From the human T2T-CHM13v2.0 reference genome, Homo sapiens, in the NCBI RefSeq assembly GCF_009914755.1, contig NC_060927.1: DNA of 64,000 nt. One strand, written 5' to 3'. Under the pieces are notes generated by a model. It worked only from the letters and a program-made list of their open reading frames with translations, was not told the DNA's origin and did not search any database. Position numbers and translations under genes: made by a program. The stretch's first letter is position 1. Each line of letters starts with the position of its first letter. This document shows, piece after piece, positions 1 through 14,529 of this stretch.

Positions 1-340
1 ATGTCCTTTGTGGGGACATGGATGAAGCTGGGAACCATCATTCTGAGCAAACTATCGCAAGGACAAAAAACCAAACACCGCATGTTCTCACTCATACGTG
101 GGAATTGAACAATGAGAACACCTGGACACAGGAAGGGGAACATCACACACCGGGGCCTGTTGTGGGGTAGGGGGAGGCGGGAGGGATAGCATTAGGAGAT
201 ATACCTAATGTAAATGACGAGTTAATGGGTGTAGCACACCAACATGGCACATGTATACATATGTAACAAACCTGCACGTTGTGCACATGTACCCTATAAC
301 TTAAAGTATAATAAAAAAAAAAAAAAGAAAAGAAAAAAAA
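1..340 (+). mobile_element. L1PA (L1PA5-like) 3' end with poly(A), cut by the window edge
   Basis: ORF2 end, G-rich 3'UTR, ...cttaaagtataat, then A-tail. Confidence 0.85.
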
Positions 341-364
341 GAAATCTACAAAGAAAAAAAGAAG

Positions 365-742
365 AAAGAAAATGTGGCACATATACATCATGGAATACTA
401 TGCAGCCATAGAAAAGGATGAATTCATGTCCTTTGTAGGGACACGGATGAAGCTGGAAACCATCATTCTGAGCAAACTATTGCAAGGACAGAAAACCAAA
501 CACCGCATGTTCTCAGTCATACATGGGAATTGAACAATGAGAACACTTGGACACAGGGTGGGGAACATCACACAACGGGGCCTGTTGTGGGGTGGAGGGA
601 GGGGAGAGGGATAGCATTAGGAGATATACCTAATGTAAATAATGAGTTAACGGGTGCAGCACACCAACATGGCACATGTACACGTATGTAACAAACCTGC
701 ACGTTGTGCACATGTACCCTAGAACTTAAATTTAAAAAAAAA
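365..742 (+). mobile_element. Second 5'-truncated L1PA (L1PA6-like) 3' end
   Basis: aagaaaatgtggcacatatac...gtaccctagaacttaaa followed by an A-tail. Confidence 0.85.
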
Positions 743-744
743 GA

Positions 745-2045
<1,301 letters not shown>

Positions 2046-3709
2046 AAATCATGGAGACATTATGGCCCCTTCTCCCACATCCCTGAGACCTAACTGAATA
2101 TACCACTGTGTACAAAGAAGTGAGTGAGCTTGGCAGCCAAAAAATGCATTTGGTTCAACTGATGCTTAATTAAACCCATCAAATTTACATAGACACTCTC
2201 TAACAGTCCTCTTACTGAGTCAGCCAGGGTTTACATTCTGTATGCTATTCATATCTCCAGCTACAGTTGAAAAAACGATATTTTAAAATAGTAGGACACA
2301 ATCATATTTAGTTTTAGTATAATCATACTGTTCTCAAGGTGTCAAAAATTACCCGTTTATCCCAATTCACAGTTTAATTAAAATTGTTAAAAAGCAAGAT
2401 AGTATAGTTTGATTAATGTGTCCAATTAGTGAATTTTTATAAGCAACATTCAAAATTTCATGCTCTTTATGATTTCATTTTTAAAGACGATCGTTTTAAG
2501 TCAATTAATGCAAAAAGAGATAATGCCAATAAAATAATGGACTGCAACATGCACAAAATAAAAAGTATTATTATATTTCCAACCTAATTTATTTATACAT
2601 TATGGTTGTTTTAGCTTTTTTATTGCTGCTCTAGTAACACAAATTAGATTTTTTTAAAATTCACAAAATATAGTCCATATATCAATGTATTTATTGACTT
2701 CACAATATCTGCAAAATCTCAGAAAAACGTTTTAGCAATGTCCTAGCTCTAGGCTGACATTTCCAATTCTATTTAGTCCTAGAGTGGAGTCTGCATAAAC
2801 TGTTCCATATTAAATTAACGTCTAACATCCCATCCCTATCTCTGACTGAAAATAATCTTTTATAAAATAAACTTAAGCATCTTTCTTCACGTGTAAATCA
2901 TGACTGTGGATAAACAGAGTCAAGCAGAGCCCATTCGTTTGTTTTTCTGCTTATGTCTGTTAGTCATTGCCCTTCATTCCTTGTAGCTCCCACCTTAGTA
3001 CCCCACTTTTAGTTTTAGGATATACAGCCTGAACTGGCCCTGCTACCTAAGAGGATCAGAGAGTCATGTCTGTAGTCTGGCAAGAACATGACCTGTAAGC
3101 TTCTCTCAAGAGAGAAAATGCTTGCTTGAATTCAGAAACCACTTACAAAGCATACAGGGGCTCTCTATTGTGAGATGAAATCATGCCTGTGGGGTAAGAG
3201 TGTAGATTTTTACCTACATTAAAACAAGAGCACTGGCTCCAGGCAGCCCTCAGGGCACTGCCTTGCTCCAAGGTGTTTTCCTGAGCAATGCACACACAGG
3301 ACAATGAGGTCCATGGTACAAGGGCCAAATTCTAAAGCAGCAGAGTCTTGTCATCTAAACCCAGGCAATCAGGCAATCACAAGCTCCCCACTGTGCTTTT
3401 GGACAGCCCAGGCTGTAAGCTGGGGTGGGAGTGTGGAGAAGGGTGGGAGCCCCGGATGTGGGGACTTTTACCAGGACAAGTACCAGATGCAGCCCATGAT
3501 CTCTCACTATGTCAATGCATGATTCTATCATATTTAGCTCCTGTCACCCAACTAGCAAGTGTCTTCTGGGAAGGTGCCCACTCTCTCACCATTTTGTATT
3601 TTCCAGCACTGAGAACAACTCTAGGCACAGAAGAAAAGCAAGGTAACATGAGAGAGCAATATCTCAGGGACCAGTCAGACATGAGAGAGAATCCCAACTC
3701 TGCCTTTGT

Positions 3710-4070
3710 CACTTAATAAACACTCATATAATTAATGCACACTGTGCACTATTCTGTGCATTATTTTAAAATAATGACTTACGCTTCATAACAATGTTAT
3801 GACGTGGTACTATTATTAGGCATTATTTTGCAAAATTAAGACCTGAGGCACAGAGAGACTCAGTAATTTGCCCAAAGTGTGAGTGGGCCACAACGCTAGC
3901 AGTAGAGGTCATGAGGAGTTGTCAGATTCTGGATATATTACGTTTTGCAGTGGTGTGAACAAGAATCTTGGACTAGAGGTTGCAGAGAGATAAGTCAAGG
4001 ATGACTCCAAAGTTTCTGGCCTTAGCAACTATAAAGATGAAGTCACTAATTATAGAAATTGAAAAAAATG
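3710..4070 (-). mobile_element. MIR fragment followed by an L2 fragment
   Basis: gaggcacagagag...taatttgcccaa (MIR core); gtcaaggatgactccaaagtttctggc (L2). Confidence 0.55.
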
Positions 4071-4883
4071 TTATTTTCATTCTTCTTACATCCTTATTAG
4101 AAATATCCTAACAGACCACTTCCACCAAGATGAAGTAACCCTTCCACCCGAAACAACAACCAAAAAACAAGACAAACTTTATAAAATAACACTTTCAAGA
4201 CACTGGACATCAGGCAGTGAAGAACTGTGGTTCCTGATGGAAAAGAAGCAGGGTGAGCCTACAGCTGCTACTTACTGCCTAGACAAAGTCTCCAGGCCAC
4301 AGTGCAGGGAGAAAACGTCAGGATGAGCACAGCAGACTTTCTGAGTCATGATGAGAATCCAGGGACAACATGGCACCAGCTGTTTGCAGGAAAACAAAAG
4401 AAGACAGAGCTGCAGAGCAACAGATAGCTCAGGAGGTCTGCAGGTGATCTCCCTCAAGTTTTCAGTAGAGGTCTTACCAGCACACGTATGTGAGGAAACT
4501 ATCTGAGGTCCGGGAAAGCAACATCAGACCAGGTTGGAAGAAACAGAGCTCTGTTCACACAGGACTGAGAACAGTGTCTGTCACCACCAGCCAGACCAGA
4601 AAATCTAACTCAGGGTCACCAGAGAGAGTGTTTGGAAGAGTCTTGACTCAGTACTGGGAAATGATTACGAAGGAGGAGAAAAATGGAAGTAAACTATTGT
4701 ATGGTTCTTATACTATGTTGTATGTGAAGTGGTATAATATCTTGAGGGTAAACTTTGTAAAATAAAGATGTATACTATAAACCCTAAAGTAACCACTAAA
4801 ACAACAAAACAAAAAGTTGTTGCCAATCATCAAAAAAGGAAAAATATGGAATTTCACTCACACACAAACACACACTTCTATGA

Positions 4884-5180
4884 ATTTTTTTTTCTTTTGA
4901 GACGGAGTCTCACTCTCTCGCCCAGGCTGGAGTGCAGTGGCATGATCTCCACTCACTGCAAGCTCCACCTCCAAGGGTTCACGCCATTCTCCTGCCTCAG
5001 CCTCCTGAGTAGCTAGGACTACAGGCGCCTGCCACCACGCCCAGCTAATTTTTTGTATTTTTAGCAGAGACAGGGTTTCACCATGTTAGCCAGGATGGTC
5101 TTGATCTCCTGACCTTGTGATCCGCCTGCCTTGGCCTCCCAAAGTGCTGGGATTACAGGCATTGAGCCACCGTGCCCAGC
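4884..5180 (-). mobile_element. AluY-like
   Basis: AluY diagnostics (ttcacgccattctcc); TSD CACACACTTCTATGA. Confidence 0.92.
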
Positions 5181-6510
5181 CACACACTTCTATGATTTAA
5201 AAGAAGGAAGAAAAGGGAAGAAATGACAGATCAGGCAAATAAATAATAAAAATACCTACGTATTATTTGCTATTTTTAAATATTTAATATTAATATTAAA
5301 TATTATTTTGTTTGCTATTATTTATAACATAGATGTTTGCTGTTTTTCTATTTTTGCTTGCTATTTTTATTTTGTTTGCTATATTAGAAATAGCATATTA
5401 TAATTTATATAATTTATTACATTATAAATAATTGCAAACAAAATTAAAATTGCAAGCAAAAATAGAAAAAATAGCAAACACATAAATAGCAATATGATAC
5501 ACTTTAATCATATCAATAATCAGATTAAATATAAATGCCATAATGCCCCAATTAAAAAGGTTGAGCTTGTCAGATTGGATAAAAATACAAGACCTAATGA
5601 TATGTTGCCAAAAGAAAACACACTTGAAATATATAGACACAAATAGGTTCAAAGTAAATGAACCTATGGATGTAAAAAGTCATATTGTGCTAACACAAAT
5701 CAACAAAAAGCTGACTTAGTATTAGATAAAGTAGATTTCAAAGCAAAGAATATTACATCCGGGATAAAGAGATTATATCATAAAAAGGTCAATCCATGAA
5801 GATGATGAAACAATTATATACCAAATGACAGAGCTTCAAAAAAAAGAAGCAAAAAGTGATAGAACTGCAGGGAGAAACAGACAAAGCCACAATTATAACG
5901 GAAAATTTCAATACTGTTCTCAAAAATTAATAGAAAAAGTAGACAAAAAAAGCAGTAAGGATACAGAAAGCCTGAATAAAACTATCAGCCAACTTGACCT
6001 AATTGTCATTTATGGAACATTCTACCCAACAATACCAGAATACCCATTCTTTTCAGATGCACATGGAACATTTGCCAAGATAGCCCATATTATGGGACAT
6101 TAAATAAGTCTCAATAAATTTAAAAGTACTCAAATCAGACAAAATGTTTTCTCTGACTACAATGTAATTAAATTAGAAATCAGTAGCAAAAAGATATTTG
6201 GAAAATCCCAGTATCTGGAAACTAACATACTTCTAAATAACACATGGGTCAAAGAAGAAATCAAAAGAAGAATGAAAAAGTATTTTGCACTGAGTAAAAA
6301 TGAAAACACTTGCCAGAATATGTGGGATGCACTAAAACACTATGTAGCAGGAAATTTTATCTCAATTCCATCTTCAGGAACTAGAAAAACAAAAGCAAAT
6401 AAAAGAAACAATAAAGAACAGAGCAGAAAGCAAAGAAATAGAAAATAGTAAAACAATACAGAAAATCAATAAAGTCCAAAGTTTCACTGATTTTTCAGAA
6501 GATCTATAAA

Positions 6511-6968
6511 TGTGATGGTTAATTTTACATGTCAACTTGACTGAGCCATGGGTGCCAGGATAATTGATTAAACATTATTTCTGGCTGTGTCTATGAGGGT
6601 GTTGCTGGATGAAATTAGTATTTGAATCCATAGACTGAATAAAGCAAAAACCTCCCTCAATGTGGGTGAGCCTCATCCAATCCACTGAAGGCCTGAATAG
6701 AATAAAAGGCTGGGTAAGAAAGAATTCTCTCTACCTGTCTTCTCCTGCCTTTGGGTAGCCCAGCACTCACATCATGGGCTCTCCTGGTTCTTGGGTCTCC
6801 AGACTAGGACTGGAATGACACCATTGTCTCTCCTGGGTATCCAGCTTGTCAAGTGTGGATCTTGAGTTGGGGCTTGGCCTCCATAACTGCATGAACCAAT
6901 TCCCTATAATAAATCTCATTTTATATAATCTATTGGTTCTATTTTTCTGGAGAACCTAGAGAAATACA
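6511..6968 (+). mobile_element. MLT2 (ERVL) solo LTR
   Basis: TGTGATGGTTAATTTT...GAAATACA termini; 5-bp TSD ATAAA at 6506-6510 and 6969-6973. Confidence 0.85.
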
Positions 6969-7429
6969 ATAAACTTCTAGCCAGATTGATGAGTAAGAAG
7001 AAAAGATACAAATTACCAATATCAAGAATAGGAAAGGTGACATCACTGGTGATAGAGAAAATAAAAGCACAGCTGATGAGTTGTAGCTGAAGCTATAATC
7101 TAGCCCTAGAATCAATGGACACAATCGAGATAACTTCTTTGCTTCGTATTGCTAAGAACTTGCCCCTTTTCTAAAACCATAAGCTGTAAATACCCCAGCC
7201 TGGGGCAAGGTTTCCTTCTGACTACTGAATATACCCTGACTATCTTCCCTCAGGAAGTACAATGAAGAGTAAACTTAAGGAATCTACTCCTGCCTTCTGA
7301 GCAGAATCAAGGGCACATGCAAAACTGCCTCTTCTGCTCTCCTGGTTCTCAAAACGACGTAGAGAGGCATTATCATTCTCTTCGTGATCTGAGATATTTC
7401 ACATATAGATCACGACCTTACATTAGCAA

Positions 7430-8420
7430 CACCCCAATTGAGCACCAACCATGTGCTCAGTACTGTGACCTGGGACTGGGGTAATGCCAACTCTGAATAC
7501 AGCATGGATCCTGCTCTCAAAGAACTGATCAACTAGGGGAGAGTGAATACACAGTAAAGGAATGGATGAAACTTCAACATGTTATGGGAGCATATTAATT
7601 AATCATTAACGCTAAACAGAGAGACCAGGGAAAACTGAGGGAAAGGTGATGCCTGAACTAGACTTTGAAGAACAAGGGATCCTCTGAAGAGCAGAAATTG
7701 GATGGGAGAAAATTCCAGGCCAAAGAAAACTCCAGGCAAAGACACAAAAGCAGGAAAATGTAAAACACAGCTATGCCTATAATACAGTATGCATGTTGAA
7801 AGCGTAGGGCGAAGGGAGACTAGGGACGAAAGACAGATAAGAGGAGATTACAGAGGACCTTGAATCCCTTGTTAAGGAGGCTGGACTTTATTTTGTAAGA
7901 AAAGGAAACCAGCAAAGGCTTTTTCAGCTTGCAAGGGATATAGTCAGAACCGTGCTTCACACACATTAGACTGGAGAGAAAGAAACTGAAGTCAAGGATA
8001 GTAGTGAGGTGCTTACTGAAATACTCCAAATAAGACATGACAGCAGTGGCCTGGTGCAAGGCTGATAGCACCTTAGAATGGTGGGGATTGAAGGAGTAGG
8101 CATTCTGGAGGCAGAATAAGCAGGTGGGAGAGAAAAGAGATCTCCAAAGGAAAAGAGCACAGCTGAAAATGTTCCACAGTTTCAACGTGAGTAACATGAA
8201 AATAATGTTCCTATTTGTTGAGATTATAAAACAGAGTAGGAAGGAAGCACAGGGGTAGGGCTCCAGGGAGGTGACATGCCTTCTTCTGAATGGCTGAGAT
8301 AGTGGTATTTATGGAATGGCCATGGGGACATGTCTTCAGGAAGCCAGAAGGCCAGGGCCAGCAGGGAGATGCATAGATTTATGAGTCGGCTGCACAGGCA
8401 GGAGAGCTATGCTATAAGAA
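7430..8420 (-). mobile_element. L2 3' region
   Basis: ttgagcaccaaccatgtgc...ctgctctcaaagaact and downstream purine-rich L2 motifs. Confidence 0.65.
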
Positions 8421-8678
8421 CAGCTACCATGCTGTAATTACATCAAGCTTAAGCCCAGGCCTCTGTAGGAATTAACTAATCAGTACATTTTTTTCAGTAT
8501 CCAATCAAGTTTTTATAATCTAATCTCTTGTAAACATTCAATGTTTTACACAAAACAATTTTATTGAATGTCAAGATTATATGAATTTGATAAATATTCA
8601 AACATTTGTAACCTAAAGCAAATTTTTTCTAGTTTTTATATTAGTAATATCCAGTTGTGTTTAGCTTAATTATACCTA

Positions 8679-9350
8679 CAGTGCTGCTTGAACTATCTGA
8701 GGTGAAGGACCAATTTTTAAATTCCCAGTCCATTATGGTCCTACTGTCCTATGGACTGAATGCCCCCTTGCCCTCAACAAATTCATGTTAAAGCTGTAAC
8801 CCCCAATGTGGCTGTATTTGGAGACAGGGCCTACAAGAAGGTAATTAAAGTTGAAAGGGGTCATAAGGGTGGGGCCATGATATGATAGGACTATCATCCT
8901 TACATGAAGAGATACCAGTGAGCTCACATACTCATTCTCTTTGAGTACACACAAAGAATTGGTCATGTTAGGATACAGCAAGATGGTGGCCATCTAAAAG
9001 CTAGGAAAAAAGGTCTCAGAATGGAACCTACCCTGTTGGCACCTTGCTTGGATTTTTGTTCTTTAAGCTACCCAGTCTGTGTTATTGTGCAAACTAATGC
9101 ATACTACGTGTGACCAAAATGAGCTTGCATCTCATGCAGATCATCATACAAATTGAGCACTACCCTAATTGGTTTACCTTGGTTAACAGGATAAGCCCAC
9201 TGATTGTGTGCTTAAATACTGCAGCAGCATCAAACTGCCTTAGGAGTTTGTAAACACCTTCCATTTCTGTGCTTATCTGATTGTGGGCTGGTAAAAAATA
9301 CTTTGTGGACTAACACCAGTCTGCAGATCACACTTTGTCCAGCACCAGTT
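8679..9350. mobile_element. hAT-Charlie MITE (MER119-like) split by a MaLR LTR (MLT1A/B-like, about 8745-9102)
   Basis: cagtgctgcttgaactatctg... and ...cacactttgtccagcaccag termini; MaLR motifs tatggactgaatg...ctttaagctacccagtctgtg. Confidence 0.6.
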
Positions 9351-9491
9351 TACAGTCTTTCTGTGATTGTTTTGTGAAAAAATGCAACATTTAGCTTAAG
9401 CACATAACTCAAAGGCAGGAATTTTAAACACACGTATGCTGCAGAGTGAGGGGAATAATACAGAAGCTCAGTCCTATCCTATCTGGGCAAG

Positions 9492-10563
9492 TGTTGTGGG
9501 AAGTCAGGAACCCTGAACGGAGGGACCTGCTGAAGCTGTGACAGAAGAACATAAATTGTGAAGATTTCATGGACATTTATTAGTTACCCAAATTAATACT
9601 TTTATAATTTCTTACACCTGTCTTTACTACAATCTCTGAACATAAATTGTGGAGATTTCATGGACATTTATCACTCCCCCAATCAACACTCTTATAATTT
9701 CCTATGCCTGTCTTTAATCTCTTAATCCCATCATCTTCGTAAATTGAGGATGTATGTCGCCTCAGGATCCTGTGATGATTGCGTTATCTGCACAAATTGT
9801 TTGTAGAGCATGTGTGTTTGAACAATATGAAATCTGGGCATCCAAAAGGAACAGGATGGCTGCGATTTTCAGGGAACAAGGGAGATAACCATGGGGCCTG
9901 ACTGCCTGAGGGGCTGGACAGAACAGTCATATTTCTCTTCTTACAAAAGCAAATAGGAGAAATATCACTGAATTCTTTCTCTCAGCAAGGAACAGCCCTG
10001 AGAAAGAGAATGCTTTCCTAGGGGGAGGTCTCTAAAATGGCCGCTCTAGGAATGTCTGTCTTATATGTCGATAAGGGATGAAATAAGCCCCGGTCTCCTG
10101 TAGTGCCCCCAGGCCTATTAGGATTAGGAAATTCCTGCCTAGTAAATTTTAGTCAGACCGGTTGTCTGCTCTCAAACCCTGTCTCCTGATAAGATGCTAT
10201 CAATGATAATGCGTGTCCAGTGGGACATGAAACTTCATCAGCAATTCTAATTTCGCCCTGGTCCTGTGATCTCGCTCTGCCCCCATTTGCCTTGTGATAT
10301 TTTATTGCCCTTGAAGCATGTGATCTCTCTGACCCACACCCTATTCGTACACCCCTCCCCTTTTGAAATCCATAATAAAAACTTGCTGGTTTTGCGGCTC
10401 AGGGGGCATCATGGAACCTGCTGACATGTGATGTCTCCCCCGGACACCCAGCTTTAAAATTTCTCTCTTTTGTACTCTTTTCCTTTATTTCTCAGACCAG
10501 CCAACACTTAGGGAAAATAGAAAAGAACCTACGTTGAAATATCAGGGGCTGGTTCCCCCAGTA
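9492..10563 (+). mobile_element. MER11 solo LTR (HERV-K HML-8)
   Basis: TGTTGTGGGAAGTCAGG start and ...ggggctggttcccccagta end; 6-bp TSD GGCAAG at 9486-9491 and 10564-10569; AATAAA at about 10374. Confidence 0.9.
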
Positions 10564-11349
10564 GGCAAGATCCCTCAAGACATTGCAGAAAGCAGTTTCT
10601 TAAAAATTAACAGCATTGTGCCTTATTTATAACATCCCCTGTATTCTGTTTCCCTTTAGCTCTTCCATCAGTCTCTGTAATCATATCCACAGAGCACATT
10701 ACATACAATTAGATTACAAACTCACCGCTGGAGCACACTACTTCTTTTTCAATTGAGAATATATATCAATTCACAAAACAGATGCCCTCAAGATACTCTA
10801 ACTAAGATGGACAAGCAAATTTATTCTTGTGATCCTGCCACTGAGGGGAGAATCCTCTGGTTGCAATGGGGCACCGTCCAACTTTCTGATGTCCATTCCA
10901 GAGGATCTTTGATGGAATCTAATTCATACATTTGGTTTCATTTGGAGCCATTACTTGTTTGCTTGTTTGTCCTCCTATAAGGTAGTGTTCACTCATTTTC
11001 AAAAGCTTCATCCAACTAGCCTCTACATCAAGTATGAGAACCATGCTTATCCCTTCACTCATATGAGGGCAGACCAGAGATCAGGAGAGATCATCATGGT
11101 CTCGGGCCAGGATCATGCTGATACACAGGTAGGTTACAAGATCACGGGGCATATTTTTTGCAAGCAAGATTGCTGTGAAGTTAACTTTGTTGGCTGAACT
11201 TTACATTTTTCTTATGTCCAAGGAAAAGAAGTGTTATTTGTCTTGTTTCTTTTCAGTTCTTGTAACTGTAGGGCTTAATGAGGGAGAGCTAATACAGGAC
11301 AGAATTTCAGAATGTAGAGGTCCACAGGAATAACCAATGGCAACCTCCT

Positions 11350-11570
11350 TGTAGCAGAGATGGCTATCTATTCACCTAAATCATCTCCTCTTTATTCTGG
11401 GCACAGAGCTGGACCACATTTCCCAGCTTCCCAGTGACCATATGGTCTCCTGATACCCACATGGCTGACTTCCACAACCAGTGAAATGTGAGTTGGAGTT
11501 ATATGTGCCCCTTCCTGGCCTGGTCCATACAACTTTCCTTCTTGCCATCTTCCATATCCTCCTCCCCAGC
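11350..11570 (+). mobile_element. Old MLT1 (MaLR) LTR fragment
   Basis: ccacatttcccagcttccc...gaaatgtgag...cttcctggcctgg motifs. Confidence 0.55.
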
Positions 11571-11574
11571 TCTT

Positions 11575-12690
11575 ACTTTTAGGTCATTAATCCAGTTTTA
11601 GTTGATTTTTGTATATAGTGTATGTTAGTCTATTCAGGCTGCTATAAACAAAATGCCATATACTTGATAGCTTATAAACAACAGAAATTTATTTCTCACA
11701 GTACCAGAGGCTGGGAAGTCCAAGATTAAGGTGCTGGCAAATTTGGTGTCTGATAATTAACACAACACTGGTGATTAGGTTTCAACATATGAATTTTAGG
11801 GGGATAGAAACAGACCACAGCATGGAGTCCAAACTTCATCCTTTTACATGTGGATATCCAGCTGTTTGCACCATTTGTTGAAAAGACTATTCTTCCCCCA
11901 ATGAATTGTCGTGGAACTCTTGTTGAAAATCAATTGACCATAAAATGTGAAGGTTGATTTCTGGCCTCTCAATTTGAGTACACTGATCTACATGTACATT
12001 CTTTTTATTTATTTATTATTTTACTACATGGGCATTCTTATGCTACTATGATTACTGTAGTTTTGAAATTTGGAAATGTGAGTGCGTGTACTATTTTCTT
12101 TATTTCAAGATTGTTTTAGCTATTCTGGGTTCCTTGCATTTCCATATGAATTATAGGATCAACTTGTAATTTTTGAAAATAAGTCAGCTAGGATTTAAAA
12201 TAGGGATTGTGTTGGATCTATAGATCAATTGGAGAAGTACTACCATGTTAATATTTAGTCTTCCATTTTTTTCTTTTTGATGCTACAATAAATGGAATTG
12301 TGTTCTTAATTTCATATTTAGTCTGCTTATTGCTAATGTATAGAAATACAATTCATTTTTGTACATTGTTCTTGTCTCTTGTAACCTGAACTCATTTATT
12401 CGTCTGAATTGTTTTTAATGGATTCCTTAGGATTTTCTATTTACAAGAGCACATCACCTGCAAAGAGAAATAGTTTTACTTCTTCCTTTCCAATCGACAT
12501 GCATTTTATTTTCTTATCTACTTCCCTTGGCTAGAACTTCCTGGACAATGCTAAATAAAACTGGTAAGTGGTAAGGGGAGGTACCCTTTTTCTTGTTCCC
12601 AATCTTAGAGAAAAAGAAAACATTCAGCCTTTTACCATTAAGTATGATGTTAACTGCAGGTTTTGCACACACATCACTTATCAGGTTGAA
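11575..12690 (-). mobile_element. L1M ORF2 fragment with an MST/MLT1A-type LTR piece inserted at about 11620-11820
   Basis: Antisense ORF2 motifs (caccatttgttgaaaagact); MaLR aacaacagaaatttatttctcacagt. Confidence 0.75.
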
Positions 12691-12899
12691 AACAAGGCAT
12701 AAATTTTAAAATGCTGCTGTCAAGCCTTTAATGGTATTTACAGGGAAGCCTTATGTTTGAGAGCTGAGTCTGGCCATAAAATGATAAATAGTAGAGAACC
12801 CCAATCTCTTACTTCTAGGAAAAATGATAATCACAGAAATGGAACTTTACTTAACTGATCAAGATGCTCTTGAGACAAATGATATAGTTGAGATGCTCC

Positions 12900-13710
12900 A
12901 GACATATGAAAAGATGCTCAACATCAGTAATCACTGGGGAAATGCAAATCAAAACCACAAGGAGGTACTACTTCACATCCACTAGGTTAGCTATAATTTA
13001 GAAAATGGAAAATGAAGTGTTGACGAGAATATGGAGAAACTGAAACCCTCGTACGTTGCTGATGGGAAAGCAAAATGGCACAGCTGCTACGGAAAACAGT
13101 TTGGAAGTTTCTCAAAAAATTAAACACAGAATTATCATATGACCCAGTGATTCTACTCCTGGGTATATACTCACAAGAATTGAAAGCAGGGACTCAGATA
13201 TTTGTATGCCCATATTCACTGCAGTATTATTTACATTTGTACTAAAATAGCCAAAAGGTGGAAATAACCCAAGAGTCCATCAACAGAAGAATGAATTCAG
13301 TATATGCATACAATGACATATTATTTAGCCATAAAAAGGAATGAGGTTCTGATACATACTATAACATGGGTAAGACTTAAAAACATAATGCTAAGTGAAA
13401 TAAGCCAGACACAAAGGGACAAATAAATGTATTATTTTCTTTACATGAAATGTCTAGAACAGGCAACATCACAGAGACAGAAAGTAAAGCAGAAGTTGCC
13501 AGGGACTAGGGGAAGGGGGAAATGGAGAGTCATTGCCTGCTGCGTACAGAATTTCTGTTTGGGGTAATGAAAAAGTTTTGGAAATTGATAGTGGTGATGA
13601 CTGCACAATGCTGTGACTATAATTAATGTGACTAAATTACACACTCAATATAATTAAAATTGCAAATTATGTTATTATATTTTACCATGATAAAAAAATA
13701 CATTAAAAAA
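12900..13710 (+). mobile_element. L1MB-like 3' end
   Basis: ORF2 C-terminal motifs, L1MB-type 3'UTR and A-rich tail. Confidence 0.8.
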
Positions 13711-13994
13711 AAGCTCTACAGCTATTTCTGCATCTACACTTTCACCATTCTTTATGATCATAGCAATATTCTGGTGTTCTTTTCTAGGAAAACCCTGTGA
13801 CTTTCATCATGTCATTGCATATATAGCACAAGATCCTCCTAAGTCTTGTGACTATTCATTTACCTACAAACCAAGAGCTTCATACAACTTTATGCATTAG
13901 GGATCTGTCATTTCACTGCAGTTTAATATAGACAACTGTGTTCTGCTCTCTGTCTTTGAAAGTATTGATGCTGGAAATGTAACTGAATCAAGCA

Positions 13995-14405
13995 GGGTTT
14001 TTACTTGCAAGCCACAAATACCAATTCTGGTGTATTTGGGCAAAGAAGAGGTTGGTTAAAAGGTTATCAGGTAGTTCACGTACCCTCTAAAAGGTCTAAA
14101 GAACCAGGCTGAGCAGTCATACAGTGAGGAGCAATGTCCAAAGTCATATCTAGAGCTGGTTCAGCAATGATGCCAGGCTGCACACAGGCACAACACCATT
14201 GGCATAGCACTGCCACAGCTACTGTCAGCTGAGTGGATTCTGCATGGTACCTGCCTCTTGGGGTCCAAAAGCTTACAGTTCAAAGTTTAGGGTAAAAAAT
14301 TATTACTGGCTCAATATAGATCATGTGCCCACGTCCATACCCCAGAAGCAAGGGAGGCTGGAAAGGGAGTACCTGCATTATCAGCTTCTATAGTGGGAGG
14401 GGGCA
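13995..14405 (-). mobile_element. Old MLT1 (K/L/M-like) LTR
   Basis: tcatgtgcccac...gcaagggaggctggaaag...agcttctatagtgggagg. Confidence 0.5.
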
Positions 14406-14529
14406 TCTGCCATGAGGTCAGAGATTCTCTGGACACAGGAAAGAGGTTTATGTGTTCAGTGATAAAACAGGATGACTCATGTATATTACACCAGTCTTTC
14501 AGGCAAACCAATATTCAAACCTGTCAACT

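Larger units (their letters stand above)
4100..7050 (+). mobile_element. Old L1M 5' region and ORF2 endonuclease part, interrupted by an Alu and an MLT2 LTR
   Basis: Degenerate endonuclease-domain peptides (5825-6103 ...LDLIVIYGTFYPT...HGTFAKI). Confidence 0.75.

Noticed and set aside
10750-11200. Possible processed pseudogene or ERV internal sequence next to MER11
   Set aside because: The TSD directly flanks the LTR, so it is a solo LTR, and the translations resemble nothing I recognise.
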